The position numbers and the translations under genes are program-made. From an uncultured Heliobacteriaceae bacterium (GTDB lineage Bacteria > Acidobacteriota > Blastocatellia > RBC074): a stretch of DNA of 64,000 bases. Under the pieces are notes generated by a model. It saw only the letters and a list, made by a program, of their open reading frames with translations. It was not told the origin of the DNA and did not search any database. Numbering within the stretch: the first letter of the stretch is position 1; each line of letters begins with the position of its first letter. The stretch is taken from NCBI GenBank assembly GCA_964468345.1, contig CAYXVZ010000025.1, forward strand, positions 5,328 through 69,327, read 5' to 3'. Positions 9,606-19,178 of the stretch are shown in pieces.

Positions 9606-9748
9606 GGAAAGGGGCGAGGGGCGAGGGGCGAGGGGCGAGATGAAAATGCCGAGTGAGGCGTTAAATTCGTTGCTGTTTATCGCACGGGTGTTAACTCTGC
9701 ACTCCACATTTCCTTCTCGCCCCTCGCCCCTCGCCCCTTTCCTCCTGC
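9606..9748. repeat. GGGGCGAG-octamer composite palindrome, copy 1
   Basis: GGGAAAGGGGCGAGGGGCGAGGGGCGAGGGGCGAG ... ~75 bp ... CTCGCCCCTCGCCCCTCGCCCCTTTCC, between the PCD and DUF2721 genes. Confidence 0.85.
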
Positions 9749-9750
9749 AG

Positions 9751-10029
9751 CTACAATATTGAACTGATTTTTTCCGCCAGCCCAAAGTCCCGGTTCGTCA
9801 GGCCGCCCTGATCGTGCGTCATCAATCGCAGGCGGACTTTGTTCCAGCCGTGAACCAGAATATCGGGGTGATGATCCGCGCTTTCGGCCAGATCGGCAAC
9901 CTGATTGACGAAATGCATGGCCTGTTTGAAATTCTCGAACGCGAAATCACGGACGATTTCATCGCCTTCCCGCTTCCATCCCGCCGCGCGTGTCAGACGA
10001 TCCTGGATCTGTTCTTCACTCAGTTTCAT
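9751..10029 (-). CDS. pterin-4a-carbinolamine dehydratase (PCD/DCoH family)
   Basis: MKLSEEQIQDRL..W.....I.R.F.F.NF..A..F...V...AE...HHPDI.V.GWNKV.L.L.THD.GGLT..D matches the PCD signature [EDKH]xHHPDx(6)Wx(9)HDx(2)GL. Start Met at 10027-10029. Confidence 0.75.
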   Translation of the reverse strand: MKLSEEQIQDRLTRAAGWKREGDEIVRDFAFENFKQAMHFVNQVADLAESADHHPDILVHGWNKVRLRLMTHDQGGLTNRDFGLAEKISSIL

Positions 10030-10224
10030 AGTTGTTTTAGATGTCAGTAGGTCTAGCCAACTTGCAAATGTTCTCATAGATATAGCGGCTTGCACAACGT
10101 AGCAACGCTGTATAGACTGGGCCATCATCGGAAAAATGACGGTGCTTAAACCGGCATATTGGGATAGGGGAGACAGAATTTTTAGAGAAGCATCTACCTC
10201 GAGAGAAGGCGCGGCAGAGGACGA

Positions 10225-12369
10225 TTGCGCTCGGGGAGCGAATTTATACTTATGATAAATGAACGTATGCTTGATCGTCGTTTGGGGCTCGATCCGGCGA
10301 CCCTGATTGGTGTCTATCGCACCATGTATACCTCACGGCGACTGGACGACAAGGAGCTGTTGCTCAAACGACAAAACCGCGTTTTCTTCCAGATCAGCGG
10401 CGCCGGCCACGAAGCGGTTCTCGTTGCGGCGGGCCTGTTATTGCGCCCCGGTTACGATTGGTTTTGGGCCTATTATCGGGATCGCGCCCTGGCATTGCAG
10501 TTGGGAATCACGCCGTATGAGCACCTGCTCGGCGCAGTGGCCGCGCAGGAAGATCCGTTCTCGGGGTCGCGGCAGATGCCGTCGCATTGGAACAATCCGA
10601 AGTTGCATGTGTTTCCGCGTTCTTCCTGCACGGGGACGCAGTTTTTGCAGGCCGTGGGCGCGGCCGAAGCGGGCTATCGGTATTCGATGATCAAAGAGAT
10701 CGAAGATCGCGCTTCGCACTTCAAGCAGAATGAAATCGTGTATGTCTCCGCCGGCGACGGCACGACGAGCGAGGGCGAATTCTGGGAATCGCTCAATACG
10801 GCGTGCAATCTGCGCTTGCCGGTGCTTTACCTGATCGAAGACAACGGATACGCAATCTCGACGCCGGTCGAGGTGCAGACTGCGGGCGGCAGCATTTCGC
10901 GCCTCGTCGCGGGCTTTCCTTCGCTTTATATCGAGGAATGCGACGGCACGGATTTTCTGGAAAGCTATGAAACGCTCGGCCGGGCAATCGATTATTGCCG
11001 CGAACGGCGCGGGCCCGCACTTGTGCATGCACATGTGATCCGCCCCTATTCGCATTCGCAGTCGGACGACGAAACGCAGTACCGCCCTGAAGAAGAGCGG
11101 GCGGCCGATGCGGCGCGCGATCCGATTATGCGCTTCGGCAATCTGTTGCTTCGCGAAGAGATTGCAACGCCCGCGGAATTGCAGCGCGTGCGGGATGAGG
11201 TCGATGCGGAAATCAACGAGGCGGCCGATCGGGCGCTGCAGTTGCCGCAGCCGCCGAAATCGTCGGCGACCATGTTTGTGTATTCGCCGGACGTCGATCC
11301 GACATCGCCGACTTTCGATACGGAACGCCAGGTCGAAGTCAGCGGCAACGAAGGCACGATGGTCGATCTGATCAATCGCTGCATTCATGAAGAGATGGAG
11401 CGGAATCCGCGCATCATCGTTCTCGGGCAGGATGTGGCCGATGCCAGCCGCTCGGAGTATCTCAATCGCGTGAAGGGCAAAGGCGGCGTCTTTAAGGTGA
11501 CGGCGAACCTGCAGCGCGATTTCGGCAGCGACCGCGTCTATAACACGCCGCTGGCCGAAGCTAACATTATGGGCCGCTCGCTCGGCATGGCGGCGCGCGG
11601 GTTGAAGCCCGTGGCCGAAGTTCAGTTCTTCGATTACATCTGGCCGGCCTTTATGCAGATGCGCGATGAGGTGGCGTTGCTGCGATGGCGTTCGAACAAC
11701 ACCTGGAAGTGCCCGATGGTCGTGCGCGTTCCCGTGGGCGGCTATCTCAAGGGCGGCGCGATCTATCACAGCCAGTCCGGCGTCTCGACCTTCACGCAGA
11801 TTCCCGGCTGGCGCGTGGTGATGCCCGCGACGGCGCTCGATGCCAACGGCCTGCTGCGCACGGCGATTCGTTCGGACGATCCGGTACTCTTTCTCGAACA
11901 CAAGCATCTGTACCGGCAGGCGTATAATAAGAGCCAGTATCCGGGCCGCGATTTCATGATTCCCTTCGGCAAGGCCAAGGTCGCGCGCGAAGGCACCGAT
12001 CTGACGATCATCACCTTCGGCGCGCTCGTCCAGCGTTCGCTGGTCGCGGCCAAGCAGGCGGCCGAATCGGATATCAGCGTCGAGGTCATCGACCTGCGCA
12101 GCCTGAGCCCGTACGACTGGGCCGCAATCGAGCGCAGCGTTAAAAAGACCAATCGCGTGATTGTCGCGTATGAAGATCCGCTCTCGTGGGGCTATGGCGC
12201 CGAGATCGTTGCGCGCATCGCGGATGAACTCTTCGATCACCTCGATGCGCCCGTTCGCCGCGTCGCCGCGCTCGATTGCTTCGTCGCCTATGCGCCGGAT
12301 GTGGAAGACGCCATCCTGCCGCAGGTGGAAGACGTCGTCCGCGCGATTCGCGAGACCGCTACGTACTGA
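10225..12369 (+). CDS. TPP-dependent 2-oxoacid dehydrogenase E1 component, fused alpha+beta subunits
   Basis: N-half is E1-alpha-like ([14 protein letters not shown].., [36 protein letters not shown]). C-half is transketolase/E1-beta-like ([50 protein letters not shown]). Start could be Met at 10252. Confidence 0.8.
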   Translation: MRSGSEFILMINERMLDRRLGLDPATLIGVYRTMYTSRRLDDKELLLKRQNRVFFQISGAGHEAVLVAAGLLLRPGYDWFWAYYRDRALALQLGITPYEHLLGAVAAQEDPFSGSRQMPSHWNNPKLHVFPRSSCTGTQFLQAVGAAEAGYRYSMIKEIEDRASHFKQNEIVYVSAGDGTTSEGEFWESLNTACNLRLPVLYLIEDNGYAISTPVEVQTAGGSISRLVAGFPSLYIEECDGTDFLESYETLGRAIDYCRERRGPALVHAHVIRPYSHSQSDDETQYRPEEERAADAARDPIMRFGNLLLREEIATPAELQRVRDEVDAEINEAADRALQLPQPPKSSATMFVYSPDVDPTSPTFDTERQVEVSGNEGTMVDLINRCIHEEMERNPRIIVLGQDVADASRSEYLNRVKGKGGVFKVTANLQRDFGSDRVYNTPLAEANIMGRSLGMAARGLKPVAEVQFFDYIWPAFMQMRDEVALLRWRSNNTWKCPMVVRVPVGGYLKGGAIYHSQSGVSTFTQIPGWRVVMPATALDANGLLRTAIRSDDPVLFLEHKHLYRQAYNKSQYPGRDFMIPFGKAKVAREGTDLTIITFGALVQRSLVAAKQAAESDISVEVIDLRSLSPYDWAAIERSVKKTNRVIVAYEDPLSWGYGAEIVARIADELFDHLDAPVRRVAALDCFVAYAPDVEDAILPQVEDVVRAIRETATY

Positions 12370-12371
12370 GA

Positions 12372-12468
12372 AGACGGAGAGAAGGAGGGACGGAGAGAAA
12401 GAGGGAAAACGCTAAATCGAAGCTTTTATCCCTCTTTTGCTCCGTCTTTCTTTCTCTCCATTACATTG
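12372..12468. repeat. GA-rich/TC-rich tandem-17-mer palindrome after the E1 gene (terminator-like)
   Basis: GACGGAGAGAAGGAGGGA-CGGAGAGAAAGAGGGAAAA ... TTTTATCCCTCTTTTGCTCCGTCTTTCTTTCTCTCC. Imperfect complementarity between two GA-rich units and two TC-rich units. Confidence 0.6.
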
Positions 12469-12502
12469 CCTTCCAAAACAAAAAGTCTGCATTGCGAGGT
12501 CA

Positions 12503-12652
12503 GCCCCGTGCAACGGGGCTTGCCCGAAGGGCTATTAGCCGGGCGCTTCAGCGCCCGGCTACCGGCGAATCAATCCCAAAGCCCCGTTCACGGGGCTTTC
12601 CCGAAGGGCTACTAGCCGGGCGCTTCAGCGTCCGGCAGCTGGCGAATCGATC
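12503..12652 (+). repeat. tandem direct repeat, 2 x ~73 bp, each unit with three hairpins, ending 9 nt before the MOSC start codon
   Basis: Unit 1 at 12503-12575 and unit 2 at 12580-12652, about 85% identical. Hairpins GCCCCG-tgcaa-CGGGGC, GCCC-gaa-GGGC, AGCCGGGCGC-ttca-GCGCCCGGCT. Differences between units fall mostly in loops. Confidence 0.8.
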
Positions 12653-12660
12653 AGCACGAG

Positions 12661-13143
12661 ATGGCACAACGCGACGGCGGAAAACTCACGGGCATTTTCA
12701 TCGGCCTGGAAAAGGGCGCGGGGAAACAGCCATTGCCCGAAGCTGAGCTGGTCGCCGAGCATGGCCTGCGCGGAGATCGACACGCCGGCAAGAATCCTCA
12801 ACGGCAGGTGAGCCTGTTTTCCGCCGAACGCCTGCGCGAACTGCAATCGGAAGGGTTCGAAGTCTCAGCCGAAGAACTCTCCGCCAATCTGTTCACCGAA
12901 CATATCGACCTCGATGCCCTGAAACCCCGAACCCAGCTACGCATAGGCGAAGCCGTGATTGAAATCGTGGAACGCAGGACGCCCTGCCGTTCGATCACGC
13001 GCATCGATGCGCGCCTGCCGAAGCGGCTCTATGGACGTTGCGGGCAGTTGGGCCGCATACTGATCAGCGGCCGCGTGCGCGCTGGCGATGAGATCGCCGT
13101 ACTGCCCGACGACCGTCAGGGAACGCTGCAATTCGAAAGCTGA
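12661..13143 (+). CDS. MOSC-domain protein
   Basis: About 160 aa with [19 protein letters not shown], then a conserved Cys ([11 protein letters not shown]), then [15 protein letters not shown], matching the MOSC beta-barrel domain. Confidence 0.7.
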   Translation: MAQRDGGKLTGIFIGLEKGAGKQPLPEAELVAEHGLRGDRHAGKNPQRQVSLFSAERLRELQSEGFEVSAEELSANLFTEHIDLDALKPRTQLRIGEAVIEIVERRTPCRSITRIDARLPKRLYGRCGQLGRILISGRVRAGDEIAVLPDDRQGTLQFES

Positions 13144-13161
13144 TCCCGCAATCCGCCTGAC

Positions 13162-14187
13162 ATGCGCAAATTCCTCTTTCAACGATTGCTTGCGATCGTG
13201 CCGCTGCTCTTTGCCGTGGCGCTGGGCGCGTTTCTGCTCGTGAAACTGGCGCCGGGCGATTTTCTTTCCGACTGGAGCCAGAATCCGCAGATTTCGCCGG
13301 AGATCATTGCCCGGGAGCGGATGCGCCGCGGCCTCGATCAACCGTGGCATGTTCAGTTTCTCAGATGGCTGGGGATGATTGCGCGCGGCGATTTCGGGTA
13401 TTCCTTCGCCTATCACCGGCCCGCGTCCGCGTTATTGGTCGAGCGCCTGTGGAACACGATCGTACTGGCCATCGGCGGCCTTGGGACGGCGCTCGCAATC
13501 GCGGTTCCCTCGGCCGTGTATGCCGCGCGTCATCGCGCCGGCTGGTTCGATCGCGCCGCGGCTGTCATCACGGCCTTTTATCTCTCGATGCCGTCCTTTC
13601 TGCTGGCTCTGCTTGCGCTCGTGTTTGCGGCGCGCACCGGTTGGTTTCCGATTGGAAAAAGCAGTTCCCTCGATGCGGGCGGGTTTTCATTTTTCGAAAA
13701 GCTGGCGGATGGCGTTCATCACTTGATCCTGCCCGCCCTGGTGCTGGCCGCGGGACAGGCGCCGGCTTATTTCCGGCAGCTTCGCGCAAGCTTGCTCGAA
13801 ATCATTACGAGCGATTTCATTCTTGCGGCCCGGGCCCGCGGTTTTGGAGAAAAACGCATCTGGATCTCGCATGCGCTTCGCAATGCGATCAATCCCACCA
13901 TCACGATGTTCGGGCAATCGATCGGCGCGCTGCTCTCGGGCGCGTTTATCGTCGAATCCATCATGTCCTGGCCGGGACTGGGCAGCCTCGCCGTGCGTTC
14001 GCTGCTGGAACGCGACCTCTATGTGCTGGTCACTTGCCTTCTGTTCGCGGCGCTTTTGCTGATGCTGGGAAACCTGCTGGCGGATGTTCTGTTGCTGTGG
14101 AGTGATCCGAAAAGCAGGGATGAGGGATTAGGGGCGAGGGGCGAGAAAAACAGGGGGGCGAGGGGCGAGGGGCGAGAAAAGCAGTGA
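13162..14187 (+). CDS. ABC transporter permease (DppB/OppB-like, peptide/nickel type)
   Basis: Six TM segments. EAA-like loop LILAARARGFGEKRIWISHALRNAINPTI. The C-terminal tail GLGARGEKNRGARGEGREKQ is encoded by the GGGGCGAG repeat. Confidence 0.8.
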   Translation: MRKFLFQRLLAIVPLLFAVALGAFLLVKLAPGDFLSDWSQNPQISPEIIARERMRRGLDQPWHVQFLRWLGMIARGDFGYSFAYHRPASALLVERLWNTIVLAIGGLGTALAIAVPSAVYAARHRAGWFDRAAAVITAFYLSMPSFLLALLALVFAARTGWFPIGKSSSLDAGGFSFFEKLADGVHHLILPALVLAAGQAPAYFRQLRASLLEIITSDFILAARARGFGEKRIWISHALRNAINPTITMFGQSIGALLSGAFIVESIMSWPGLGSLAVRSLLERDLYVLVTCLLFAALLLMLGNLLADVLLLWSDPKSRDEGLGARGEKNRGARGEGREKQ

Positions 14188-14319
14188 TGAGGAAAAAGGG
14201 GAGAGTTGAGTCTATGCCACTAAAATCCATTTTCACGAAGGCGCGCTCCCTCGCCCCTCGCCCCTCAACCCTCGCCCCTGCCCTTCTCGCCCCTCGCCCT
14301 TCGCCCCTCGCCCCTTTCC
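14117..14319. repeat. GGGGCGAG-octamer composite palindrome, copy 2, spanning the junction of two permease genes
   Basis: (GGGGCGAG)n with A-rich interruptions at 14117-14185. Inverted (CTCGCCCC)n at 14248-14319. Contains the stop of 13162..14187 and the putative start of the next gene. Confidence 0.85.
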
Positions 14320-15374
14320 GGACTCTGAATCACAACCTCTTCTTCGGCGGCGCACTGCTCGTCGTGTTTGTGCTGTGCGCGGTGCTGGCGGATTTTCTTT
14401 CGCCGTATTCGCCCGCGGCGGAGCATCGAGAGGCGCCGTCCGCGCCGCCGAGCCGGATTCGCTTTCGGGATGCGGCGGGGCAATGGAGCCCGCGGCCCTT
14501 TGTTTATCGCATTCGCAGCGTCGATCTTCTTTCGCGGCAATATGCCGAAGACGTCGATCGCCCGTATCCACTGCGTTTTTTCGTGACGGGAGAGCCTTAT
14601 CGATTGTTGGGGATGGTTTCCTGCCGGCGGCATTTGTTCGGCGTGGACGAGCCCGCGCGCATCTTCCTGTTTGGCGCCGATGCGCTCGGGCGGGATCTCT
14701 TTTCGCGGCTCTGCGCGGGCGCGCGGCTTTCCTTGTGGACGGCGGCCGCGGCTCTGTTGATTTCCTTGCCGCTGGCCCTGTTCATCGGAGGCATCGCGGG
14801 ATATGCCGGCGGGGTGGCCGATTTTTTGAGCCAGCGATTCATCGAGCTTCTGCTCGCGCTGCCCACCCTGTATCTATTGATCGCCCTGCGCAGCACGCTG
14901 CCCCAACAACTGCCGCCGGGGCGCGTCTTTTTCGCTATGGTCGGATTGATGGCGGTCTTCGGCTGGGCGCATCTTGCGCGCATCATCCGCGGCACGGTGC
15001 TTTCGCTGCGCCAGCAGCCGTTTGTGATGGCCGCGCGGGCGCTGGGCGCTTCGGACCGGCGGATTCTCGTTCGTCATATCTTTCCGCATCTGGCCGGCAC
15101 GCTCTTTCCGCAGGCCGCAATTATCGCGCCGGGTTTCATTCTCGCCGAAATCACTCTATCCTATCTCGGCCTCGGCGTTTCGGATCCCTTGCCCAGTCTT
15201 GGCAAAATGCTCGCCATGGAGGGAGGCCTGACGCAACTCACCCGCTACTGGTGGACGCTTGCCCCTTGCGTTGTCATCTTCTTTCTCAGTCTGACTTTTT
15301 ATCTTCTTTCGGAGGGATTGCGAGAATACTTTCATCCGCGCACGCCCCGCGTGGACGTCTCTAATCAGCTCTGA
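14184..15374 (+). CDS. ABC transporter permease (DppC/OppC-like)
   Basis: TM-rich. Motif MAARALGASDRRILVRHIFPHLAGTLF. The N-terminal ~45 aa are encoded by the CTCGCCCC repeat arm, so the true start is uncertain (14184 or Met at 14214). Confidence 0.75.
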   Translation: MMRKKGRVESMPLKSIFTKARSLAPRPSTLAPALLAPRPSPLAPFRTLNHNLFFGGALLVVFVLCAVLADFLSPYSPAAEHREAPSAPPSRIRFRDAAGQWSPRPFVYRIRSVDLLSRQYAEDVDRPYPLRFFVTGEPYRLLGMVSCRRHLFGVDEPARIFLFGADALGRDLFSRLCAGARLSLWTAAAALLISLPLALFIGGIAGYAGGVADFLSQRFIELLLALPTLYLLIALRSTLPQQLPPGRVFFAMVGLMAVFGWAHLARIIRGTVLSLRQQPFVMAARALGASDRRILVRHIFPHLAGTLFPQAAIIAPGFILAEITLSYLGLGVSDPLPSLGKMLAMEGGLTQLTRYWWTLAPCVVIFFLSLTFYLLSEGLREYFHPRTPRVDVSNQL

Positions 15375-15411
15375 TACCATCCGCTTACTTCGGCATGAAA
15401 ACTTCAATAAA

Positions 15412-17154
15412 ATGAAAAGGACTATGGCGAAACAAGACTACAAATCGCTGCAAGCATTTCTCTGTCTGCTTACGCTTCTGGGGCTGGTTCTCGGCCATGC
15501 GGGATGTGGAAAGAACGAAACCAAGCCCGCCGCGCCCAATCGCATCGTGGTTTCAAAGACGGTTGGGCCGCGGACGTTGAACCGATTGTTCGCCGCGGAC
15601 GAAGTGACGGGCAGCATACTGGATTGCATGAATGCCCGGCTGATTCGCATCAATCGGCAGACGCAACAGGCCGAGGGCGAACTCGCCACGCAATGGCAGC
15701 TTTCGCCGGACGGAAAAACGCTTGAATGCGATTTGCGGACCGATGCGAAGTTCTCCGATGGCCAGCCGTTCACGGCCGAAGACGTGCTGTTCACCTTTCA
15801 GGTACTGCAGGATCCGAAAGTGGCTTCGCCGCTGGCCGACACGTTTCAATCCGGCGGCGGGCAGATGAAGGTCGAGAAGCTCGGCGATCACAAGGTGCGT
15901 TTTGCTTTCTCGTCGCCGCTGGCCGCTGTGGAGCGGCTTTTCGACGGCATCGCCATCCTGCCCAAACACTCGCTCGAAGCGGCCTATCGCGAAGGAAAAT
16001 TCGCCGAAGCCTGGAACCTATCGACGCCGCCCGCGCAGATCGTCGGACTTGGCCCTTTCAAATTGAAAGAAGTCGTCGCCGATCAGCGAATCGTGATGGC
16101 GCGCAATGAGCATTACTGGAAAAAAGACGCGAGCGGAACACAATTGCCTTATCTGGATGAACTGATCATCAGCATCGACGCGGACCGCAGCGCGCAGGTG
16201 CTCAAGTTCCAGAACGGCGAAACCGATCTGCTCTATCCGGTCAATGTCGATGATGTCCCCGCGCTGCAGGCCCTGGAACAACAGGGAAAGATCAAGCTGA
16301 TGGATATGGGGCCGAGCCAGATCCGCGAGATCTTCTGGTTCAATCTCAACGACGGAAAATCCAAGGAAGGCAAACCCTTTCTCGATCCCGTCAAGCGCGC
16401 CTGGTTTTCCGATGTTCGCTTTCGACAGGCCATCTCGCACGCCATCGATCGCGATGCGATCGTCTCGGTCGTCTTCGCGGGCAAGGCGGCGCCGCAATAC
16501 GGTTTTCTCTCGGCGGGCGACAAGCTCTGGCACAACGATCAGGTGAAAAAATTTTCCTATGATGTCGAACGGGCGAAAAGTCTCTTGAAACAAGCCGGTT
16601 TCAAATACACCAGCGGCAACGACCTGATCGACTCCGAAGGACATCCCGTGTCCATCACGATGGTCACCAATGCGAGCAATGCCCTGCGGGGGAAAATGAG
16701 CACCATGATCCAATCGGATCTGGCGAAGATCGGCATCCAGGTCAATATCGCTTCGCTCGAATCGCGCGCGCTGCTTTCGACGATCAACGATACCTTCGCC
16801 TATGAAGCCGCGTTGCTGGCCGTGGTCAGCGGCGACGCCGATCCGAATTCGCACGCGAATATCCTGACCAGCGCTGGAGCCGGTCACTGGTGGTATCCGG
16901 GCCAGAAGCGGCCGGCGACGACGTGGGAGGCGCAGATCGATGCCTTGATGGCCAGGCAGCGCGTCGCGCTCGACCCGGCGCAGCGAAAGGAAGCGTTCAA
17001 TCAGGTGCAGGCCCTGATGGCCGAACAGCAGGCGTTCATCTTTCTCGCTTCGCGTCACCTGCTCGTCGCCGCAAAGCCGGACATCGGCAATCTGAAGCCC
17101 GCGCTCTTGCCTGATTTTGCGTTGTGGAATGCCGATGAATTGAAGCGTCAATAG
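15412..17154 (+). CDS. ABC transporter substrate-binding lipoprotein (SBP family 5, peptide/oligosaccharide type)
   Basis: Lipoprotein signal ..LLGLVLGHAGCGKNE. Length (~580 aa) and internal motifs match family-5 SBPs. It follows the two permeases. Confidence 0.8.
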   Translation: MKRTMAKQDYKSLQAFLCLLTLLGLVLGHAGCGKNETKPAAPNRIVVSKTVGPRTLNRLFAADEVTGSILDCMNARLIRINRQTQQAEGELATQWQLSPDGKTLECDLRTDAKFSDGQPFTAEDVLFTFQVLQDPKVASPLADTFQSGGGQMKVEKLGDHKVRFAFSSPLAAVERLFDGIAILPKHSLEAAYREGKFAEAWNLSTPPAQIVGLGPFKLKEVVADQRIVMARNEHYWKKDASGTQLPYLDELIISIDADRSAQVLKFQNGETDLLYPVNVDDVPALQALEQQGKIKLMDMGPSQIREIFWFNLNDGKSKEGKPFLDPVKRAWFSDVRFRQAISHAIDRDAIVSVVFAGKAAPQYGFLSAGDKLWHNDQVKKFSYDVERAKSLLKQAGFKYTSGNDLIDSEGHPVSITMVTNASNALRGKMSTMIQSDLAKIGIQVNIASLESRALLSTINDTFAYEAALLAVVSGDADPNSHANILTSAGAGHWWYPGQKRPATTWEAQIDALMARQRVALDPAQRKEAFNQVQALMAEQQAFIFLASRHLLVAAKPDIGNLKPALLPDFALWNADELKRQ

Positions 17155-17317
17155 AACTCATCCCGGAGGGATGACAGCAACCAAATCAGAACAAAATACT
17201 TTGGGATAGTTTTACCACGGGGACCATGGGGAAATGACAAATAGATTCAACCTCCCTGCGCCCCCAATGTATCTACAGATGTTTGATCGTTGAATTTGTC
17301 CCGAAGGGACAACGGAG

Positions 17318-17502
17318 ATTAGCCGGTGGTGGAGCGAAGCGTAACCACCGGAACAGCGTGAAAAGATTTCGCGTCCCGGCAGGGACGCCGGACCAGTACT
17401 CATTTTCTGAATACCATCGCTTTGGTCCGGCGCCCCTGCCAGGGCGCAATACAATACTTAATCTATCCGGTGGTTACGCTTCGCTCCACCACCGGCTAAT
17501 CT
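17318..17502. mobile_element. MITE-like element: perfect 36-bp inverted repeats flanking a 113-bp core
   Basis: GATTAGCCGGTGGTGGAGCGAAGCGTAACCACCGGA (17318-17353) and its exact reverse complement at 17467-17502. Each arm is internally palindromic (CCGGTGG..CCACCGG). Small hairpins flank it (GTCCCGAAGGGAC at 17299, GCGCCTTTGGCGC at 17510). No ORF. Confidence 0.7.
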
Positions 17503-17559
17503 CCGTTGCGCCTTTGGCGCAAAGAGTTTTGTGACAGGGTGTCACGATTGCTGGCACGC

Positions 17560-17917
17560 AACGGGACGATCAGATGATCATTACGCCGCGCCTTCCCCAC
17601 GACGACGAAACGCACGCAACGATTTTTCCTTCCGATAACTTCTCTCCGCAAAATGTCTTAGCGCCATCGCGCACATGCTGATTTAAAACAAATTTTACGC
17701 CCACGTATTTTTTCAGCCGAGGGTCATCACTCATAGGGCAATTCAGCGACGATCGATTTTCGATTTCCCCGAACCCCCGTACCAAATCGATCAGCGCAAG
17801 AGTAGAGAATCATAACGAAGCAAACCATTCGAAATTTTTCACGCGCGAATCGCCGCGCGGGGAACAGGTCGAGGTGTGTTCGATTGTGCAGGCGCTGGGA
17901 AACATGGACTGACAAGA
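17560..17917 (+). promoter_or_regulatory. low-GC non-coding leader upstream of the glycosyltransferase operon
   Basis: About 360 bp with no credible ORF and an obvious drop in GC (runs such as TTTAAAACAAATTTTACGCCCACGTATTTTTTCAG). Lies immediately 5' of 17918. Confidence 0.4.
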
Positions 17918-19171
17918 ATGAAAAGAATTCTGGTTTATTCGCACGATACCTATGGATTGGGAAACATTCGACGGATGCTGGCGATTTGCGAGCACCTGGT
18001 CGAATCCGATCCGCAGCTTTCAATTCTGCTGATTACGGGTTCGCCGGTGATTCATAACCTGCGGCTGCCGCCGCAACTGGATTACATCAAACTGCCCTGT
18101 CTGACGCGCACGGAGTACGAAGGCTACGAGGTGAAATATCTCGGCACGGGCGTCGAAGAGACGATTCGGCTGCGCTCGGACCTGATTCTTTCCGCCGTCG
18201 CCAATTACAAGCCCGATCTCTTTCTGATCGACAAGAAGCCCTATGGCGTGAAGAACGAATTGCTGGTGGCGCTCAATTATGCGCGGCTGCATCTGCCCGG
18301 CGCGAAATGGGCATTGGTCCTGCGGGATATTCTCGACAGCCCCGAGCGCACGATCGATGTCTGGCGCAAGCACGGGTACAGCGAGGCCATCGAGTATTTT
18401 TATGAGCGGGTATTCGTGATGGGGACGGAGGAGATTTTCGATCTCTGCGGCGAATATCGACTGCCGAAGCCGGCCGCGAACAAGGTGCGGTATTGCGGTT
18501 ATCTCAAGCGGGCGGCCGTGGCGAAATCATGCGGCGAAGTGCGCGCGCAGTACGGCATCGAATCGGAAAAGCAACTGGTTGTCGTCACGCCGGGCGGCGG
18601 GCAGGACGGATTCCATATTCTTTCCACGTATCTCGACACGCTGGCGCTGTTGCCGCAAAGCGCGCCTTTTCACAGCGTGCTGGTCTCAGGCCCGGAAATG
18701 CCCGCCGTGCAAAAAGAATATCTGCAACGCGTCGCCGCGCGGGATGCCCGCGTCGACTTGCTCGAATTCACGAACGATTCGCTTAGCCTGATGAATGCAG
18801 CCGATCTGGTGATCTCGATGAGCGGCTATAACACGATCTGCGAACTGCTTTCTCTGCGAAAGCGGACGATTGTCGTTCCGCGGGCGCGGCCCGCGCAGGA
18901 ACAATTGATTCGTGCCCAGCGAATGCAGGACCGGAATCTGTTCCCGTTTATTCATCCGGATGAATTGAGTCCGATGCGGCTCAAGGCCGCACTGCTTGAA
19001 AGCCTGCGAGGCGGCGAGGAGAAGCCGGAAGCCTTTGCCCGCGCGTTGTCGCGCGTCGAAATGGGAGCGTTGCCCATCATCGGAAACGAAGTCGCCCAGA
19101 TGCTCTCTGCGCCTGAAAACGTTCCCGCCGCGAAGAAACGAACCTTGATTGGCAAAATCGTCTATGCGTGA
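17918..19171 (+). CDS. predicted glycosyltransferase, MurG/GT28-like (COG4671-type)
   Basis: MKRILVYSHDTYGLGNIRRMLAICEHL...LLITGSP, then C-terminal ...VISMSGYNTICELLSLRKRTIVVPR (GT-B fold, MurG-like). Paralog of 25676..26860. Confidence 0.7.
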   Translation: MKRILVYSHDTYGLGNIRRMLAICEHLVESDPQLSILLITGSPVIHNLRLPPQLDYIKLPCLTRTEYEGYEVKYLGTGVEETIRLRSDLILSAVANYKPDLFLIDKKPYGVKNELLVALNYARLHLPGAKWALVLRDILDSPERTIDVWRKHGYSEAIEYFYERVFVMGTEEIFDLCGEYRLPKPAANKVRYCGYLKRAAVAKSCGEVRAQYGIESEKQLVVVTPGGGQDGFHILSTYLDTLALLPQSAPFHSVLVSGPEMPAVQKEYLQRVAARDARVDLLEFTNDSLSLMNAADLVISMSGYNTICELLSLRKRTIVVPRARPAQEQLIRAQRMQDRNLFPFIHPDELSPMRLKAALLESLRGGEEKPEAFARALSRVEMGALPIIGNEVAQMLSAPENVPAAKKRTLIGKIVYA

Positions 19172-19178
19172 GGATTCC

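Noticed and set aside
10438-12240. 600-aa ORF antisense to the E1 dehydrogenase gene. Similar long antisense ORFs occur at 16018..17151, 5129..5755, 25703..26761, 38092..39618, 40834..41991, 45624..46718, 59836..61257 and 18686..19591.
   Set aside because: These are typical high-GC artefacts. Translations are Arg/Ala/Gly-rich with no motifs. Each is fully shadowed by a sense-strand gene with clear domain signatures.
17160-17560. Structured ~400-bp non-coding region considered as a housekeeping ncRNA (RNase P, tmRNA, SRP, 6S).
   Set aside because: None of the conserved motifs I know for those RNAs is present. The structure is explained by a perfect 36-bp inverted-repeat element.
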